This document shows positions 32,190 to 33,169 of a stretch of DNA of 33,169 nucleotides, in pieces; position 1 is the stretch's first letter; every line of letters begins with the position of its first letter. The DNA is taken from positions 1-33,169 of the forward strand of contig CAYHWG010000005.1 of the NCBI GenBank assembly GCA_964360375.1, written 5' to 3'. The translations under genes were made by a program, and so were the position numbers. This stretch comes from an uncultured Gammaproteobacteria bacterium. GTDB taxonomy: Bacteria; Patescibacteriota; Patescibacteriia; UBA9934; GWF2-40-263. Below the pieces are notes generated by a model. The model was given only the letters and a program-made list of their open reading frames with translations. It was not told the origin of the DNA and made no database searches.

Positions 32190-33169
32190 TTATTCTGAAG
32201 CAGAGATAGATTCTTCTGATTCTACTTTTTTCAATTGTCGTCGTGTCATAGACGCAAAAAATGATTCAAATTCTTGTGATTTTAAGAAAAATAGAATGCC
32301 GAGATAAACAATCGCTCCGCTCAATCCCGTAATCACTACTTGGGAAAGAACGTTCATAAACGTATCAAGTTGAATAAAACGAACAACAAATGATCGCACA
32401 AACAGCATGATCAGTCCTGAGCAAAGAGCTGCAGGAATGAGTTTAAACAAACCAGCCATAATATGAGATTCGTGCAATGATCCCATTTTTTGACGTAACA
32501 AAATCCATAAAAGTCCCGCATTCACGGTTTCGGCGATTCCAAACGCCATAGCAAGGCCAATCACCCCAAATGATTTTGTAAACAAAAATGCAGAGATGAC
32601 TCCTAAAATAGCGGAAACGATTCCTGCTGTGAGAGGTGTCACGGTATCGTGTGTGGCAAAAAATGCCCGTGCCAAAATATAAACACATGCCTGTGGAATA
32701 AAGGTTAGGGCAAAAAAAGCAAGTGTATCTGCCGCGAGGATAGTAGCAGTCCAATCAAACGCACCAGCACCCACGACGACGCGAACAATTTGAGCACGCA
32801 AAAGTAAAAATACAATCGTCACTGGAATCAAAAAAAAGAGCAATTGTCTTATGGTTGAGGCAAAAACCTCACGAAATGCCTCGAGTCTGTTTGATGTAAA
32901 ATGTTCTGAAAGTGTTGGAAACGCTGCGATCGCATAGGAAACACCAAAAACTCCAATGGGAAAAAATTCAACATTGTAGGCAAATTGAAAAATCGTCACA
33001 CTTCCTGCTTCAAGTGTTGATGCGATGACCGTAAGGACAAGAAATAATAATTGATTCATGCCGATTCCGAGCACGCGCGGAACCATTTTACGAAGCACTT
33101 CTTTTGTATCATACTTTGTCCAGTACCAGACAAGGTCGCCGCCGAATGTTGCCAGCCCGCTTCGATGGC
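32190..33169 (-). CDS. murJ: Lipid II flippase MurJ (MviN), N-terminus beyond window edge
   Basis: The frame stays open from the window end (…FGGDLVWYWTKYDTKEVLRKMVPRVLGIGMNQL…). The MurJ pattern GSVTIFQFAYNVEFFPIGVFGVSYAIAAFPTLSE is present, along with multiple TM segments. Confidence 0.85.
   Translation of the reverse strand, partial: HRSGLATFGGDLVWYWTKYDTKEVLRKMVPRVLGIGMNQLLFLVLTVIASTLEAGSVTIFQFAYNVEFFPIGVFGVSYAIAAFPTLSEHFTSNRLEAFREVFASTIRQLLFFLIPVTIVFLLLRAQIVRVVVGAGAFDWTATILAADTLAFFALTFIPQACVYILARAFFATHDTVTPLTAGIVSAILGVISAFLFTKSFGVIGLAMAFGIAETVNAGLLWILLRQKMGSLHESHIMAGLFKLIPAALCSGLIMLFVRSFVVRFIQLDTFMNVLSQVVITGLSGAIVYLGILFFLKSQEFESFFASMTRRQLKKVESEESISASE

Noticed and set aside
1-33169. Defence island, prophage, toxin-antitoxin, CRISPR-Cas or other accessory system
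   Set aside because: Every ORF of substantial length is assignable to housekeeping, cell-envelope or translation functions, or is a small membrane or secreted protein. I noticed no integrase, transposase, nuclease/helicase defence signatures, repeat arrays or obvious compositional break.

Overview
This 33.2 kb window is dense housekeeping DNA (roughly 90% coding) from a small-genome bacterium. It uses the standard code: TGA, TAA and TAG all terminate genes, several in ATGA stop/start overlaps. The compaction and several domain-reduced core proteins resemble Patescibacteria/CPR-like lineages, but that cannot be shown from this window.

Gene layout:
- (+) mreB (5'-partial)-mreC-mreD-mrdA, then greA, then lysS-ribL-like-alr-ftsQ.
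- A 309 bp non-coding convergent spacer (8484-8792).
- (-) tagA/wecG-gltX-M23 peptidase-small membrane protein.
- (+) clpB, divergent from tagA and carrying a CIRCE operator, then secreted repeat protein-LigB/Memo-like-degenerate priA-def-fmt.
- (-) murJ (partial), alaS, infA-rpmJ-rpsM-rpsK-rpsD-rpoA-rplQ-rplM-rpsI, then wzx-GT4-GT2-GT2-O-antigen-ligase-like, ending convergent with fmt.

I saw no rRNA, tRNA, CRISPR array, transposase, integrase or recognisable defence or toxin genes. I did not find a convincing novel multi-gene system.

The observations most worth follow-up are:
1. An in-frame TAA splitting an otherwise intact gltX.
2. A 28 bp 11-6-11 dif-like palindrome, plus a degenerate second copy, in the long convergent spacer.
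3. A perfect CIRCE operator on clpB.
4. A PriA homologue with all ATPase motifs degenerate but its Cys-rich Zn region intact.
5. An RpoA lacking the C-terminal domain.
6. Promoter-like hexamers placed 9-11 nt from start codons, suggesting leaderless mRNAs.

All functional calls come from motif recognition by eye. No database search was run.
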